The translations under genes and the position numbers were made by a program. Of a stretch of DNA of 64,000 bases, positions 41,836 through 52,208 are shown piece after piece. The notes under the pieces were generated by a model. It was not told the DNA's origin and made no database searches. It saw only the letters and a list, made by a program, of their open reading frames with translations. Where the stretch lies: contig JAXHNI010000004.1 in assembly GCA_034520625.1 (NCBI GenBank), forward strand, positions 55,070 through 119,069. Reading direction: 5' to 3'. The stretch's first letter is position 1, and every line of letters starts with the position of its first letter. The stretch is from Gammaproteobacteria bacterium (lineage in GTDB: Bacteria; Pseudomonadota; Gammaproteobacteria; Arenicellales; JAANXG01).

Positions 41836-43076
41836 TGCGGGCGACCCCGGTAAATTCGACGCGACAGGGGGTTCAGGCCCAGGTAATAGGCCAGCTCTGA
41901 CGGATGGTCGATGTGCCAGACGGCGAGGTTCGCCAACTTGCCGGCTTCCACGGTGCCGGTTTCATCCTCGATGCCGAGCGCCCGGGCGGCGTGGCGGGTC
42001 ATACCCGCCAGAGCTTCCTCCGGCGTCATCCGGAACAGGGTGCACGCCATGTTGAGCATGGCGAGCGGGGAGGTGACCGGCGAAGAGCCGGGGTTGCAGT
42101 CGGTAGCCACCGCCATCGAGACACCGGCTTCCCGCAGGCCACCGATGGGCGGGAGGCGGGTTTCCCGCAGCGTGTAAAAGGCACCCGGCAGCAGCACGGC
42201 GACGGTGCCTGACCGCGCCATGGCGTCGATGCCCCCCGCATCGAGGTACTCCAGGTGGTCCGCGGACAGGGCGTTGAAGGACGCCGCCATCTCGGTGCCG
42301 CTGGAGTCGGAAAGCTGCTCGGCATGCAGCTTGACCGGCAGCCCGAGCTCCCGGGCCCGGGTGAACACGCGAGCGACCTGGGCGGTAGTGAAGGCGATGC
42401 GTTCACAGAATGCGTCCACCGCGTCCGCAAGCCTCTCGCGGTGCACGGCGGGCAGCACGCTGTCGCAGACGAACTCCACATAGTCGTCTGCACGGTTGTC
42501 GTACTCGGGCGGAATGGCATGGGCGCCGAGAAACGTGGCATGAACATCGACCGGCCTCTCCGACCCGATGCGCCGGACGGCGCGCAGCATTTTCATCTCC
42601 GTATCCAGGTCCAGCCCGTAGCCGGACTTGATTTCGATCGTGGCCACGCCCTCGCCGATCATGGCGTCGGCGCGGCGCAGGGCGCCGGCCACCAGTTCGT
42701 CTTCCGTCGCCCGCCGTGTGGCGGTGACCGTGGACAGGATGCCGCCGCCGGCTTTGGCGATTTCCTCATAGCTCGCGCCTTCCAGGCGCATCTCGAATTC
42801 CCGGGCGCGGTTTCCGCCGTAAACGAGATGCGTGTGGCAGTCGATGAGCGCCGGGGTGACGACTTGTCCGGCCAGGTCCTCGGTGGGAAGATCGCGAAAC
42901 GCTTCCGGCAGGGATAACCGGGGGCCGACCCACTGTACCTGCTCATCGGCAATGACGATCGCCCCGTCTTCCACCAGGCCATAGGGCGGCCCGCCGCCGC
43001 TCATAGTGGCAACGGTTGCGTTGGTCAGCAGCATGTCATTGCCGTGCACGGATTCTCCGGCTCGTCGTTTCGCCAT
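41832..43076 (-). CDS. hutI: imidazolonepropionase
   Basis: 414 aa. [14 protein letters not shown], ...KLHAEQLS..., ...[13 protein letters not shown]... ATGA overlap with hutH. Confidence 0.95.
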   Translation of the reverse strand: MAKRRAGESVHGNDMLLTNATVATMSGGGPPYGLVEDGAIVIADEQVQWVGPRLSLPEAFRDLPTEDLAGQVVTPALIDCHTHLVYGGNRAREFEMRLEGASYEEIAKAGGGILSTVTATRRATEDELVAGALRRADAMIGEGVATIEIKSGYGLDLDTEMKMLRAVRRIGSERPVDVHATFLGAHAIPPEYDNRADDYVEFVCDSVLPAVHRERLADAVDAFCERIAFTTAQVARVFTRARELGLPVKLHAEQLSDSSGTEMAASFNALSADHLEYLDAGGIDAMARSGTVAVLLPGAFYTLRETRLPPIGGLREAGVSMAVATDCNPGSSPVTSPLAMLNMACTLFRMTPEEALAGMTRHAARALGIEDETGTVEAGKLANLAVWHIDHPSELAYYLGLNPLSRRIYRGRPQ

Positions 43077-43186
43077 GAAATTTCATGCAAAATACATAGA
43101 AGCATCGCAGGTGTCCATAAAATGAACGACGTCTACAATGCCTGTCCCGGTGGGAACGGCACGGCTCCCGACACCGGGATTCCGGC

Positions 43187-44563
43187 ATGACGCGACTGTT
43201 CGCGAAGCAGGCGCTGCTTCCCGGGGGGTGGGCCCGGGATGTCCGCGTGACCCTGTCCGCTGAAGGTCGTATCGGCGCCGTGGAGGTCGATGCCGCTCAA
43301 GGTTCCGATGATGTCGATCTCGGCGACCGGGTTCTGCTGCCGGCGCCGGGCAACCTGCACAGCCACGCTTTTCAACGCGCCATGGCGGGGATGACCGAGC
43401 ACCGGTCTTCGGGCCGGGACAGCTTCTGGACCTGGCGGGAACTGATGTACCGTTTCGTCCGCCAGCTTACGCCGGAGCAGATCGAGGCCATCGCCGCCCT
43501 GGTATACATGGAAATGCTCGAGTCCGGGTACGCCGCCGTTGGCGAGTTCCACTACATCCATCACCGGCCCAGCGGCCAGCCCTACGAGCGGTTGACCGAA
43601 ACCACACAGCGGGTCTTCGCGGCAGCCGCGGAAACGGGGATCGGCCTGACGCATCTTCCGGTCCTGTACTCCTACGGCGGCGCCGGGGAGCAGGCGTTGA
43701 AGGTCGGCCAGATACGCTTTGCCAACGACCTCGACGGTTATTCGACCCTGGTGCAGGAAGCCCGCTCGGTTGCCCGCGCCGAGCTGCCTGTCGATGCCCG
43801 GGTCGGGATCGCGCCGCATTCACTGCGCGCCACATCCCCCCAGCAGTTCAAGGGGCTGCTCCGGGCATTCCGGGGCGGCCCGGTCCATATCCATATCGCC
43901 GAGCAGCCGGCGGAAGTCGAGGAAGTCGTGGCATGGCTGGGGGACCGGCCGGTGGCCTGGCTGCTGAACCGGTTCGAGGTCGATGCCCACTGGTGCCTGG
44001 TGCATGCCACCCAGATGACCGGCGAGGAGACGGCCGCGCTGGCCCGGTCCGGGGCCGTAGCGGGTCTGTGTCCCATTACCGAGTCGAACCTCGGGGACGG
44101 CATCTTCAACGGTCCTGGTTTTACCGGTGCCGGTGGATCCTTCGGGATCGGCTCCGACTCCAACGTCCGCATATCGTTGTCGGAGGAGCTGCGGGTGCTG
44201 GAGTACAGCCAGCGGCTGCGCGACCGCGCCCGGAACGTGCTGCTGGATGGAGAAGGCTCGGTCGGGGGCAGCCTGTATCGGCACGTGCTGGCCGGCGGCG
44301 CCCGGGCGCTCGGCCGCGAGTCGGGGGCAATCCGGACCGGCCTGTTCGCTGATCTCGTTGCCCTGGACGGCGAAGACATAGCGTTTCACGGCGCGGACGG
44401 GGACGGGCTATTGGACGCCTGGATATTCGCCGCGGACGACCGCGTCGTCACCGACGTCTGGTCGGCGGGCCGACACTGCGTCGAGGACGGCCGCCACAAG
44501 CACCATGATGCCATTGTTGCCCGCTACAGACGGGCGACCAGGTCGTTGTTCTCCCAATTGTGA
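43187..44563 (+). CDS. hutF: formimidoylglutamate deiminase
   Basis: 458 aa, amidohydrolase fold. LPAPGNLHSHAFQRAMAG, ...VHIHIAEQPAEVEE..., ...GSDSNV... Divergent from hutI. Together with hutG it indicates the five-step Hut route. Confidence 0.9.
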   Translation: MTRLFAKQALLPGGWARDVRVTLSAEGRIGAVEVDAAQGSDDVDLGDRVLLPAPGNLHSHAFQRAMAGMTEHRSSGRDSFWTWRELMYRFVRQLTPEQIEAIAALVYMEMLESGYAAVGEFHYIHHRPSGQPYERLTETTQRVFAAAAETGIGLTHLPVLYSYGGAGEQALKVGQIRFANDLDGYSTLVQEARSVARAELPVDARVGIAPHSLRATSPQQFKGLLRAFRGGPVHIHIAEQPAEVEEVVAWLGDRPVAWLLNRFEVDAHWCLVHATQMTGEETAALARSGAVAGLCPITESNLGDGIFNGPGFTGAGGSFGIGSDSNVRISLSEELRVLEYSQRLRDRARNVLLDGEGSVGGSLYRHVLAGGARALGRESGAIRTGLFADLVALDGEDIAFHGADGDGLLDAWIFAADDRVVTDVWSAGRHCVEDGRHKHHDAIVARYRRATRSLFSQL

Positions 44564-44566
44564 ATC

Positions 44567-44626
44567 GGGGCTCGGGGCTCGGGGTTGGTGCTCACCGGTC
44601 ACCAACCCCCAGCCCCGAGCCCCCAA
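44567..44626. repeat. GGGGCTCGGGGCTCGGGG-type imperfect palindrome between convergent genes (terminator-like)
   Basis: GGGGCTCGGGGCTCGGGGTTGGTG-CTCACCGGT-CACCAACCCCCAGCCCCGAGCCCC. A related GGCTCGGGGCTCGG...CCGAACCCCGAACCCCGAG structure lies at 45714-45776. Confidence 0.7.
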
Positions 44627-44631
44627 CCCCG

Positions 44632-45384
44632 TCAGTTATACACCCGCGGCCCCACCACACGCCGGTTCGAGAACAGCTTTGACATCCGCTCGTCGTGGGG
44701 TATGCGCACGATGAGATTGTTCTCGACCAGGTGAATCTCGGTATCCCGTGCCTCCGGTTCCCCGTATACCCAGACGTTGTCGATCATCAGGCCGGCATGC
44801 TTGAAGTTATTGCAGATTTCATAACCGTTGCCTTCCCGGCCCCTGGGAAAACGGTCTCCGGCGAACGGACGGTCATCGGCGTAGAACTGAAACAGCGTGA
44901 ACTGGGAGAAGCAGGGCGCGCCGGATTGAATGGCCTGGGCATGCTCGCGGCTGTCGTCGAACAGGCGGCCCCTGGGCCCGAGATTCATGGACGCGCCGTT
45001 CATGGGCGCGTAGGCGCAGCCCACGGCGCGGGCGACATAGTAGGCGAGGGCGTCGTCGCCAAGCATGGCGGCCACGTTGTGGATGCTTTCCGTCGGGGAT
45101 CGCGTGCCGAGGGATTTCATTATCGCCTCCGTGTATCCGCCAACGACTTCCCGGCGTTCGGACTCGTAGGCCTCGTCGTTGTAGCTGCGATTGTAGACGT
45201 CGACGATGAACCGGCCGAACTCGGGGTCGTTTTCCGTGGCCTCGAAGATGCTGCGCGTCCCGTCGCGGGGCACGCCGCAGAATACGGTCACCTGCTCGCG
45301 GTTGGTCGCCAGCAGTTCCTTTCCGATCAATCTGTCCGTGTAGTCGCCGTAGATAATCATTCGGTTAACGGGTTCCTCCGTCAT
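44632..45384 (-). CDS. hypothetical protein, no family recognised
   Basis: ORF 44632-45651, trimmed to MTEEPVNRMIIYGDYTDRL... (250 aa). Protein-like composition with mixed hydrophobic/charged residues and low Arg bias, unlike the Arg-rich upstream extension. Start uncertain. Confidence 0.55.
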   Translation of the reverse strand: MTEEPVNRMIIYGDYTDRLIGKELLATNREQVTVFCGVPRDGTRSIFEATENDPEFGRFIVDVYNRSYNDEAYESERREVVGGYTEAIMKSLGTRSPTESIHNVAAMLGDDALAYYVARAVGCAYAPMNGASMNLGPRGRLFDDSREHAQAIQSGAPCFSQFTLFQFYADDRPFAGDRFPRGREGNGYEICNNFKHAGLMIDNVWVYGEPEARDTEIHLVENNLIVRIPHDERMSKLFSNRRVVGPRVYN

Positions 45385-45713
45385 GTTGTGAATGAACAGT
45401 GGGTTCAACTGCACCCACCAAACCTGTTTCCGACAGCCTCCGAACAGCCGGTGTACGAAACACGATTCGATACGCCGAGCAGTGCCGATCGACCGGGTCG
45501 GCATACAGAGAATTCCGGGGAGCACATGCCGATTCCGGCGGCGGCGTACCGATGCGAGTGCCGGCACGCGCCCGGGCCGGGGCGGCATGATGTTCAGTGT
45601 CCTGCGGCGCGGGGAATCCCGCGTTTCGGGCCCTCCCTGGGAGGAAGCCATGCCGCCGGCATGCTCCGCGCTTTTATTGCCACAGATTCACACTAATTGC
45701 AATAGGGGGGCGT

Positions 45714-45776
45714 GGCTCGGGGCTCGGAGACCGCGGTTCGCGACACCCCATCGAATCACCGAACCCCGAACCCCGA
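45714..45776. repeat. second GGCTCGGGGCTCGG ... CCGAACCCCGAACCCCGAG palindrome
   Basis: Read directly. Located just downstream of the ettA stop and about 330 bp upstream of the orphan gene start. Confidence 0.65.
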
Positions 45777-45784
45777 GTCACGAA

Positions 45785-47452
<1,668 letters not shown>

Positions 47453-47488
47453 TGCGTTCCCGCGGTCTGGTTTCAGGGGCCGCGTATT

Positions 47489-48598
47489 ATGGGAAACAAC
47501 ACCTCCTGCGTCTACGTGACCCGGGAATCGTCCCGATACCGGGATTGCCAATGGGGGAATCCGGCCCACTTGATACAGAAATTACGAAAGCACATCGGGC
47601 TTCTGGCCTATTTCACCGCCGGCACGGCCGTCGGGCTGTACCTTGTCCATCTGCTCGCCGGGGAGGTCGGCGCCCTGGTGGTGCGGCAGGGCATCGAAGG
47701 GGTTCTGCCCGTGGCCCTCGCGGCCATCGGCTGGTTCATCGTTCCCCTGTACGCGGCGACCCGCTCCTGGCGATTGCTGTTTCCCTCCGGCACCGGTCCC
47801 GGGCCCTGGAAGTCGGCGGAGCTGACCTGGATCGGATTGAGCGTGAACTGGCTCTTGCCGGCGGCGCTGGTGGGTGGTGAGCTGGTCAAGCTCAGGCTGG
47901 CGCGGCGGCGGATCCTGGATTCCGGAAACCTGGTGGCCAGCCTCGTCGGCGACAAGACGATTCAGGTGGCCACGCAACTGGTATACACGCTACTGGGCCT
48001 GTCGATACTCGCCTGGGTGAGCGGCCGGGTGGTGGGCGGGCTGCGCGAGGCGGTCGGACTCCTCGCGTTCGCCGGCGTGGTTTATCTTTTCTATCGAATC
48101 CAGCGGGGCGGTCTGTTCGCCCGGGCGGCGATGCCCCTCAGGCGATTGGTACGGGATCGGGCCCGGCTCGGGATAAACGCGGCCCGCATGGATGCGGCGA
48201 TCGAGGAGATGTACCAGCGCCCGGGGCGGTTGTGGCTGTCGGCAGGGTGGCGAATGGCCTTCCGGTTGCTCATGGCGGGAGAGGTCGCTCTGGTTTTCTG
48301 GTGGCTCGAGTACCCGGCCGGGTTGCTCACAGTGCTGGCGCTGGAAAGCATGGCCCAGGCGTCCCGGGTCGCGGCCCTGGCTATCCCGGCTGCGATCGGT
48401 GCCCAGGAAGCGGTCATCGTCGCCGCCGGGCTGTTCCTGGGTTGTCCGCCCGAAGTGCTGATCGGCGTCGCTGTGGTGAAGCGGATCAGGGAGCTGGGTA
48501 TAGGGGGGGCGGGCCTAGTGGCCTGGCAACTCAAGGAGATGCGGGCCTTCGCTCGCGGCGGTTCTGAGGACCGGGGAAACTCCGTAGCTCGCCACTGA
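47489..48598 (+). CDS. flippase-like / lysylphosphatidylglycerol-synthase-TM-domain family membrane protein (UPF0104, HpnL-like)
   Basis: About 8 TM spans, with R/K-rich loops such as LVKLRLARRRILDSGNLVASLVGDKTIQ. Start codon uncertain because the N-terminal 30 aa are atypical. Confidence 0.7.
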   Translation: MGNNTSCVYVTRESSRYRDCQWGNPAHLIQKLRKHIGLLAYFTAGTAVGLYLVHLLAGEVGALVVRQGIEGVLPVALAAIGWFIVPLYAATRSWRLLFPSGTGPGPWKSAELTWIGLSVNWLLPAALVGGELVKLRLARRRILDSGNLVASLVGDKTIQVATQLVYTLLGLSILAWVSGRVVGGLREAVGLLAFAGVVYLFYRIQRGGLFARAAMPLRRLVRDRARLGINAARMDAAIEEMYQRPGRLWLSAGWRMAFRLLMAGEVALVFWWLEYPAGLLTVLALESMAQASRVAALAIPAAIGAQEAVIVAAGLFLGCPPEVLIGVAVVKRIRELGIGGAGLVAWQLKEMRAFARGGSEDRGNSVARH

Positions 48599-48663
48599 TA
48601 CCGGGCAATTCGCTGTCTCACTACGAAAGTCACACTATCAGTGGGTTATGACGAAATGAGGCC

Positions 48664-48716
48664 ATTGTGGGTCGGGCTTGATGCCTGACTTGTCAGCCTT
48701 GAAGGCTGACCCACAT
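48664..48716. repeat. double-hairpin REP-like element, family 6 (GTGGGTCrGGC...GCCTGAC-wT-GTCAGCCTTrAAGGCTGAsCCACA)
   Basis: ATTGTGGGTCGGGCTTGATGCCTGACTTGTCAGCCTTGAAGGCTGACCCACAT. A second copy lies at 59741-59794. Confidence 0.8.
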
Positions 48717-48792
48717 GGGCTTTCCATTCTTTCTTGTTACTTCGGCCCGCTGTGGCGCATTCTCGCTACGGATATTTCCACGACACAAGATC

Positions 48793-49401
48793 CTAACTGT
48801 CGTCGTTGCCGCTGGCGTTGCCACTCTGACCCGGCGGATCGCCGCTTTGCCCCGGCGGGTTGCCGTCCAATCCCGGCGGGTTGCCGCCCTGACCGGAACC
48901 GGGAAAGTTCTCCTCGACCTCGATGTTTCCGGGCGTGGCGAAGCCCTGTTCCATGTCTACGACGATATCGTTGACGCTGACCCTGGCTCCCGCGGGGACG
49001 GTCCCGATGGGGAGGGCGACCGTTTTCTCGTCCTCGAAGACGAAGCTCAGCACGAAGTTGTCGCTTGGTGACACGTCTTCGAGCACGAAGTTGCCGTTAT
49101 CGTCGGTGGTGGTGAGCTGCCCGCCGCCGAACACCTGAATGCCGCCCAAGAAAGTCAGCTGTGCGTTGACGGGCTGGGCCACCCAGTTCATCACTCCGGC
49201 GATCATTCGTCGGACCATGGCCTGTTCAGCATCCGGGCCGTCAGCAATGATCTGCGACACGTTGCCGGTCACCGTGGTAATGCCCGTTCCGCCGATACCG
49301 GAGTCGCCACTGCCCACGGTGGTGGTGCCGCTGCCGCAGGAAGACAATATCAGCGTCAGGGCCAGCAGCAGTGGAACGAGAATCCGGGGTGGAATGGTCA
49401 T
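48793..49401 (-). CDS. lipoprotein with carboxypeptidase-regulatory-like (Ig-like) domain and Gly/Asn/Pro-rich tail (paralog A)
   Basis: MTIPPRILVPLLLALTLILSSCG (lipobox). GTGITTVTGNVSQIIADGP..., TTDDNGNFVLEDVSPSDNFVLSFVF. Tail GGNPPGLDGNPPGQSGDPPGQSGNASGNDDS. Confidence 0.75.
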   Translation of the reverse strand: MTIPPRILVPLLLALTLILSSCGSGTTTVGSGDSGIGGTGITTVTGNVSQIIADGPDAEQAMVRRMIAGVMNWVAQPVNAQLTFLGGIQVFGGGQLTTTDDNGNFVLEDVSPSDNFVLSFVFEDEKTVALPIGTVPAGARVSVNDIVVDMEQGFATPGNIEVEENFPGSGQGGNPPGLDGNPPGQSGDPPGQSGNASGNDDS

Positions 49402-49462
49402 GCGAGTGACGGAATGATCAGGTCGACAGGTCCGGGTTCGCTTGTGGATACGGTGAACATAG

Positions 49463-49479
49463 GTGGGATGTGTGCCCAC
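49463..49479. promoter_or_regulatory. palindromic motif GTGGGATG-T-GTGCCCAC upstream of lipoprotein A (copy 1 of 3)
   Basis: 62-78 nt upstream of the ATG at 49401. The extended match TGAACATAGGTGGGATGTGTGCCCACGTCAAG is shared with the copy at 50389-50420. Confidence 0.55.
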
Positions 49480-49721
49480 GTCAAGCGTGCCCGTGCCGGC
49501 CGGTTTTACCGGTGTTCCGCCAGTTGACTCGGGCTGTGGCGTGCCGTGGACGGTGACGACGGGGTTCCCCTGGTCTGCGACGCAGTGCGGATCAATGTGG
49601 GGTGCCCGGCTGTGTCTGCCCGTTGCTGGCGCCAGGCAGCCATTGTCGGAGAGGCCGGACGGAGGTCGACGGTGACAAACCGCGCGTTCCGGGAAACGAT
49701 GACCGCACGGCCAACGGATAG

Positions 49722-50327
49722 TCAGCCGTTGCTGTCCTGATCGCTGTTATCGTCGCTCTCGTCGTCGCTGTTGTCGTCACCGTCGTCATCACTGAGGTCA
49801 TCGCTGTCATCGTCCGCCGATCCGCCGCTGTCCTGGATCTCTATCCCGCCGGCCGTCGCGAAGCCCTGGCCGGTGTCGACCAGAATGTTGATCACGCGGA
49901 TACGGGCACCGTCCGGTACAGACCCGATGGGCAGCAGGATCGGATCTTCGTCCGGGAGCACGAACCTGAGTACGAAATTGTCGCTGGGGGTAACGTCCTC
50001 GAGTATGAACTCGCCGCTGTCATTCGTGGTCGTCACGCGCCCGCCGCCGATGACCTGAATGCCGGCCAGGGAGCCCGATTGCGCGTTGACCGGCGTCGCA
50101 AGCCAGTCCACTGTACCGGCGAGCAGTTTCCGGGTGAGTGTCTGGTTGGCCGGGCCCGCGGCCACGACCTGGGACACATTACCCGTCACCGTGGTGATGC
50201 CCGTGCCGCCGACCCCGGAGCCGCCCACGCCGGCCGTGGTGCCGGAGCCGCCGCCGCACGATGACAACGCGAGCGCCAGTATTAGAATAAGAGGGCCGAG
50301 GCAGAGGGACCGTGTGGTAGGTTGCAT
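49722..50327 (-). CDS. lipoprotein with carboxypeptidase-regulatory-like domain and poly-acidic tail (paralog B)
   Basis: MQPTTRSLCLGPLILILALALSSCGG. Roughly 60 percent identical by eye to paralog A (GTGITTVTGNVSQVVAAGP, TTNDSGEFILEDVTPSDNFVLRFVL). Tail DDDSDDLSDDDGDDNSDDESDDNSDQDSNG. Confidence 0.75.
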   Translation of the reverse strand: MQPTTRSLCLGPLILILALALSSCGGGSGTTAGVGGSGVGGTGITTVTGNVSQVVAAGPANQTLTRKLLAGTVDWLATPVNAQSGSLAGIQVIGGGRVTTTNDSGEFILEDVTPSDNFVLRFVLPDEDPILLPIGSVPDGARIRVINILVDTGQGFATAGGIEIQDSGGSADDDSDDLSDDDGDDNSDDESDDNSDQDSNG

Positions 50328-50397
50328 GGTGGTTTTTTCAGCTGACAGAACTTGCAGTTTACAGAAACGGTTATATTCTGGGGTAAACTGAACATAT

Positions 50398-50414
50398 GTG
50401 GGAATGATTTCCAC
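50398..50414. promoter_or_regulatory. palindromic motif GTGGGAAT-G-ATTTCCAC in the divergent region between lipoprotein B and the HTH-like gene (copy 2 of 3)
   Basis: 71-87 nt upstream of ATG 50327 and 30-46 nt upstream of ATG 50444. Confidence 0.55.
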
Positions 50415-50443
50415 GTCAAGTACGCCAGATCGAACCAGACCAG

Positions 50444-51322
50444 ATGGGATCTCCATCCGACTCAGTGACGAAGTCCGACTCGAAACCGACCGCCCCGGCC
50501 GGTCCGGAGGCGTTGAGAACCGCCGTGATGCGGGTACTCCGACCCCTGGTCGGCCTACTCATGGAGCACGGACTGACCTTCCCGTGGCTGAGCGGGGTGC
50601 TCAAGACAGTGTTCGTGGACGTGGCAGAGAAGGAATTCCGCCTGCCGGACAAGCGCCAGACCGACAGCCGGGTGACACTGCTCACCGGTGTTCACCGCAA
50701 GGATGTCCGGCGACTTCGCCACGAGCACGACCCGTCGGAATCCGCTCCTCCGGCGAGCGTTTACCTAGGTGCCCACCTGGTGGCCGTGTGGACCAGTGAC
50801 GAGCGATTCCTGGATCTGCAGGGGCGGCCCAAGCCGCTGACGCGGCTGCCGAGCGGCAACGCGCCCAGCTTCGAGAAACTGGTGACCGGCATCAGCAAGG
50901 ATATCCGCCCGAGGGCGGTGCTGGATGAGTTGCTGCGGCTCGGTGCCGTGGAAATCGACGACAACGACTGCGTGCGCCTGCAGACCGACGCTTTCATCCC
51001 CTCCAAGGGTTTCGACGAAAAAGCCTACTACCTGGGCCGCAACGTCCACGACCATATCGCGGCCGCCCGCCACAACGTGCAGGGCGGCGACCCCCCGTTC
51101 CTGGAACGCAGTGTCTACTACGACGATCTTTCGGCGGAGTCTGTCAGGGAACTGGATGAGCTCGCCCGGTTGGAAGGCATGAAGCTGCTTCAGATGGTGA
51201 ATCGCCGCGCCCGGGAACTGCAGGCCGTTGACGTGGAGGCCGGCAACACCGGTTCCCGGGTCAATTTCGGCCTGTATTTCTACCACGGTCCCGACGACGA
51301 GGACTCTGCGGCGAACCAGTAG
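50444..51322 (+). CDS. hypothetical protein with a probable N-terminal helix-turn-helix; candidate regulator of the lipoprotein island
   Basis: 292 aa. The segment QTDSRVTLLTGVHRKDVRRLR looks like an HTH recognition unit. The remainder is soluble and alpha-helical-looking. Family not confidently recognised; start uncertain. Confidence 0.65.
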   Translation: MGSPSDSVTKSDSKPTAPAGPEALRTAVMRVLRPLVGLLMEHGLTFPWLSGVLKTVFVDVAEKEFRLPDKRQTDSRVTLLTGVHRKDVRRLRHEHDPSESAPPASVYLGAHLVAVWTSDERFLDLQGRPKPLTRLPSGNAPSFEKLVTGISKDIRPRAVLDELLRLGAVEIDDNDCVRLQTDAFIPSKGFDEKAYYLGRNVHDHIAAARHNVQGGDPPFLERSVYYDDLSAESVRELDELARLEGMKLLQMVNRRARELQAVDVEAGNTGSRVNFGLYFYHGPDDEDSAANQ

Positions 51323-51432
51323 CCGCGTCTTTACCCGGTTTTTCTCCCTCGATTAGACCGCGCGTCGGCACAGGCGCTGCGTTCGTCAGGCACGCCTGTC
51401 GGGAAACGCGCCAGGGACGTAGACTAGTTTAA

Positions 51433-51449
51433 GTGGGAAATTTTCCCAC
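51433..51449. promoter_or_regulatory. perfect palindrome GTGGGAAA-T-TTTCCCAC upstream of lipoprotein C (copy 3 of 3)
   Basis: 77-93 nt upstream of ATG 51526. 8+8 bp perfectly complementary around one central base. Confidence 0.6.
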
Positions 51450-51525
51450 ACAAGTGTTTCGGCCGGCTCATTCGTGGATGACTGACTCTGCCGGACTTTA
51501 TTCACGTTTCCGTGAGGTAGTAAAG

Positions 51526-52155
51526 ATGAACAAATTGATCAAAGGACAGGTAATCACCCTGTTCGCCCTCCTGACGGCCATGGTGGTTACCCTGGCCGCC
51601 TGCGGCGGCGGCAGCAGCTCCTCCGGCGGCAGCTCGGCATCGGGGGCCACGGTGGCCGGCACCGTCGACAACGGCGTCGCGACGCTGTACCGCCTGGAAG
51701 ACCAACGTCCGATACTGGCTGCCCTCACTGACATGCTGATCGAGCCGTCCCACGCCGCGGGCGTGGCCGGTGTCACCGTCGAGCTGGTCAACAGTTCCGG
51801 TGCGGTCGTCGGATCCCAGACCACCGATGCCAGCGGCCGGTTCATGTTCACTGGCCTGGTGCCCGACAGCTATTCCATCCGCCTGTCCCAGAACGGCGCC
51901 CCCCTGGGCGAGACCCCGGTCATCCAGGTCGATCCCGACACCCGGACCGAGATAAGATTGGCCCTCAGCGGCGCGGTCACCTCCGTCAACGTCCAGGCCC
52001 GGAACGACCAGGTTTCCGGCCAGGTCCGCGGGGACGACGACAGCAGCGACGATGACAGTCTCGATGACGACAGCAGTGATGACGACAGTCTCGACGACGA
52101 CAGCAGTGACGACGTCAGCGACGATGACCCTGACGACGACAGCAGTAACACCTGA
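51526..52155 (+). CDS. lipoprotein with carboxypeptidase-regulatory-like domain and poly-acidic SDDD-repeat tail (paralog C)
   Basis: GAGG RBS. MNKLIKGQVITLFALLTAMVVTLAACGG (lipobox). GVTVELVNSSGAVVGSQTTDASGRFMFTGLVPDSYSIRL. Tail GDDDSSDDDSLDDDSSDDDSLDDDSSDDVSDDDPDDDSSNT. Confidence 0.8.
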   Translation: MNKLIKGQVITLFALLTAMVVTLAACGGGSSSSGGSSASGATVAGTVDNGVATLYRLEDQRPILAALTDMLIEPSHAAGVAGVTVELVNSSGAVVGSQTTDASGRFMFTGLVPDSYSIRLSQNGAPLGETPVIQVDPDTRTEIRLALSGAVTSVNVQARNDQVSGQVRGDDDSSDDDSLDDDSSDDDSLDDDSSDDVSDDDPDDDSSNT

Positions 52156-52208
52156 TGACTTCGCAATGAGGCATTCAACCCGAACACCGACCTCCGATAC
52201 GACGCGGA

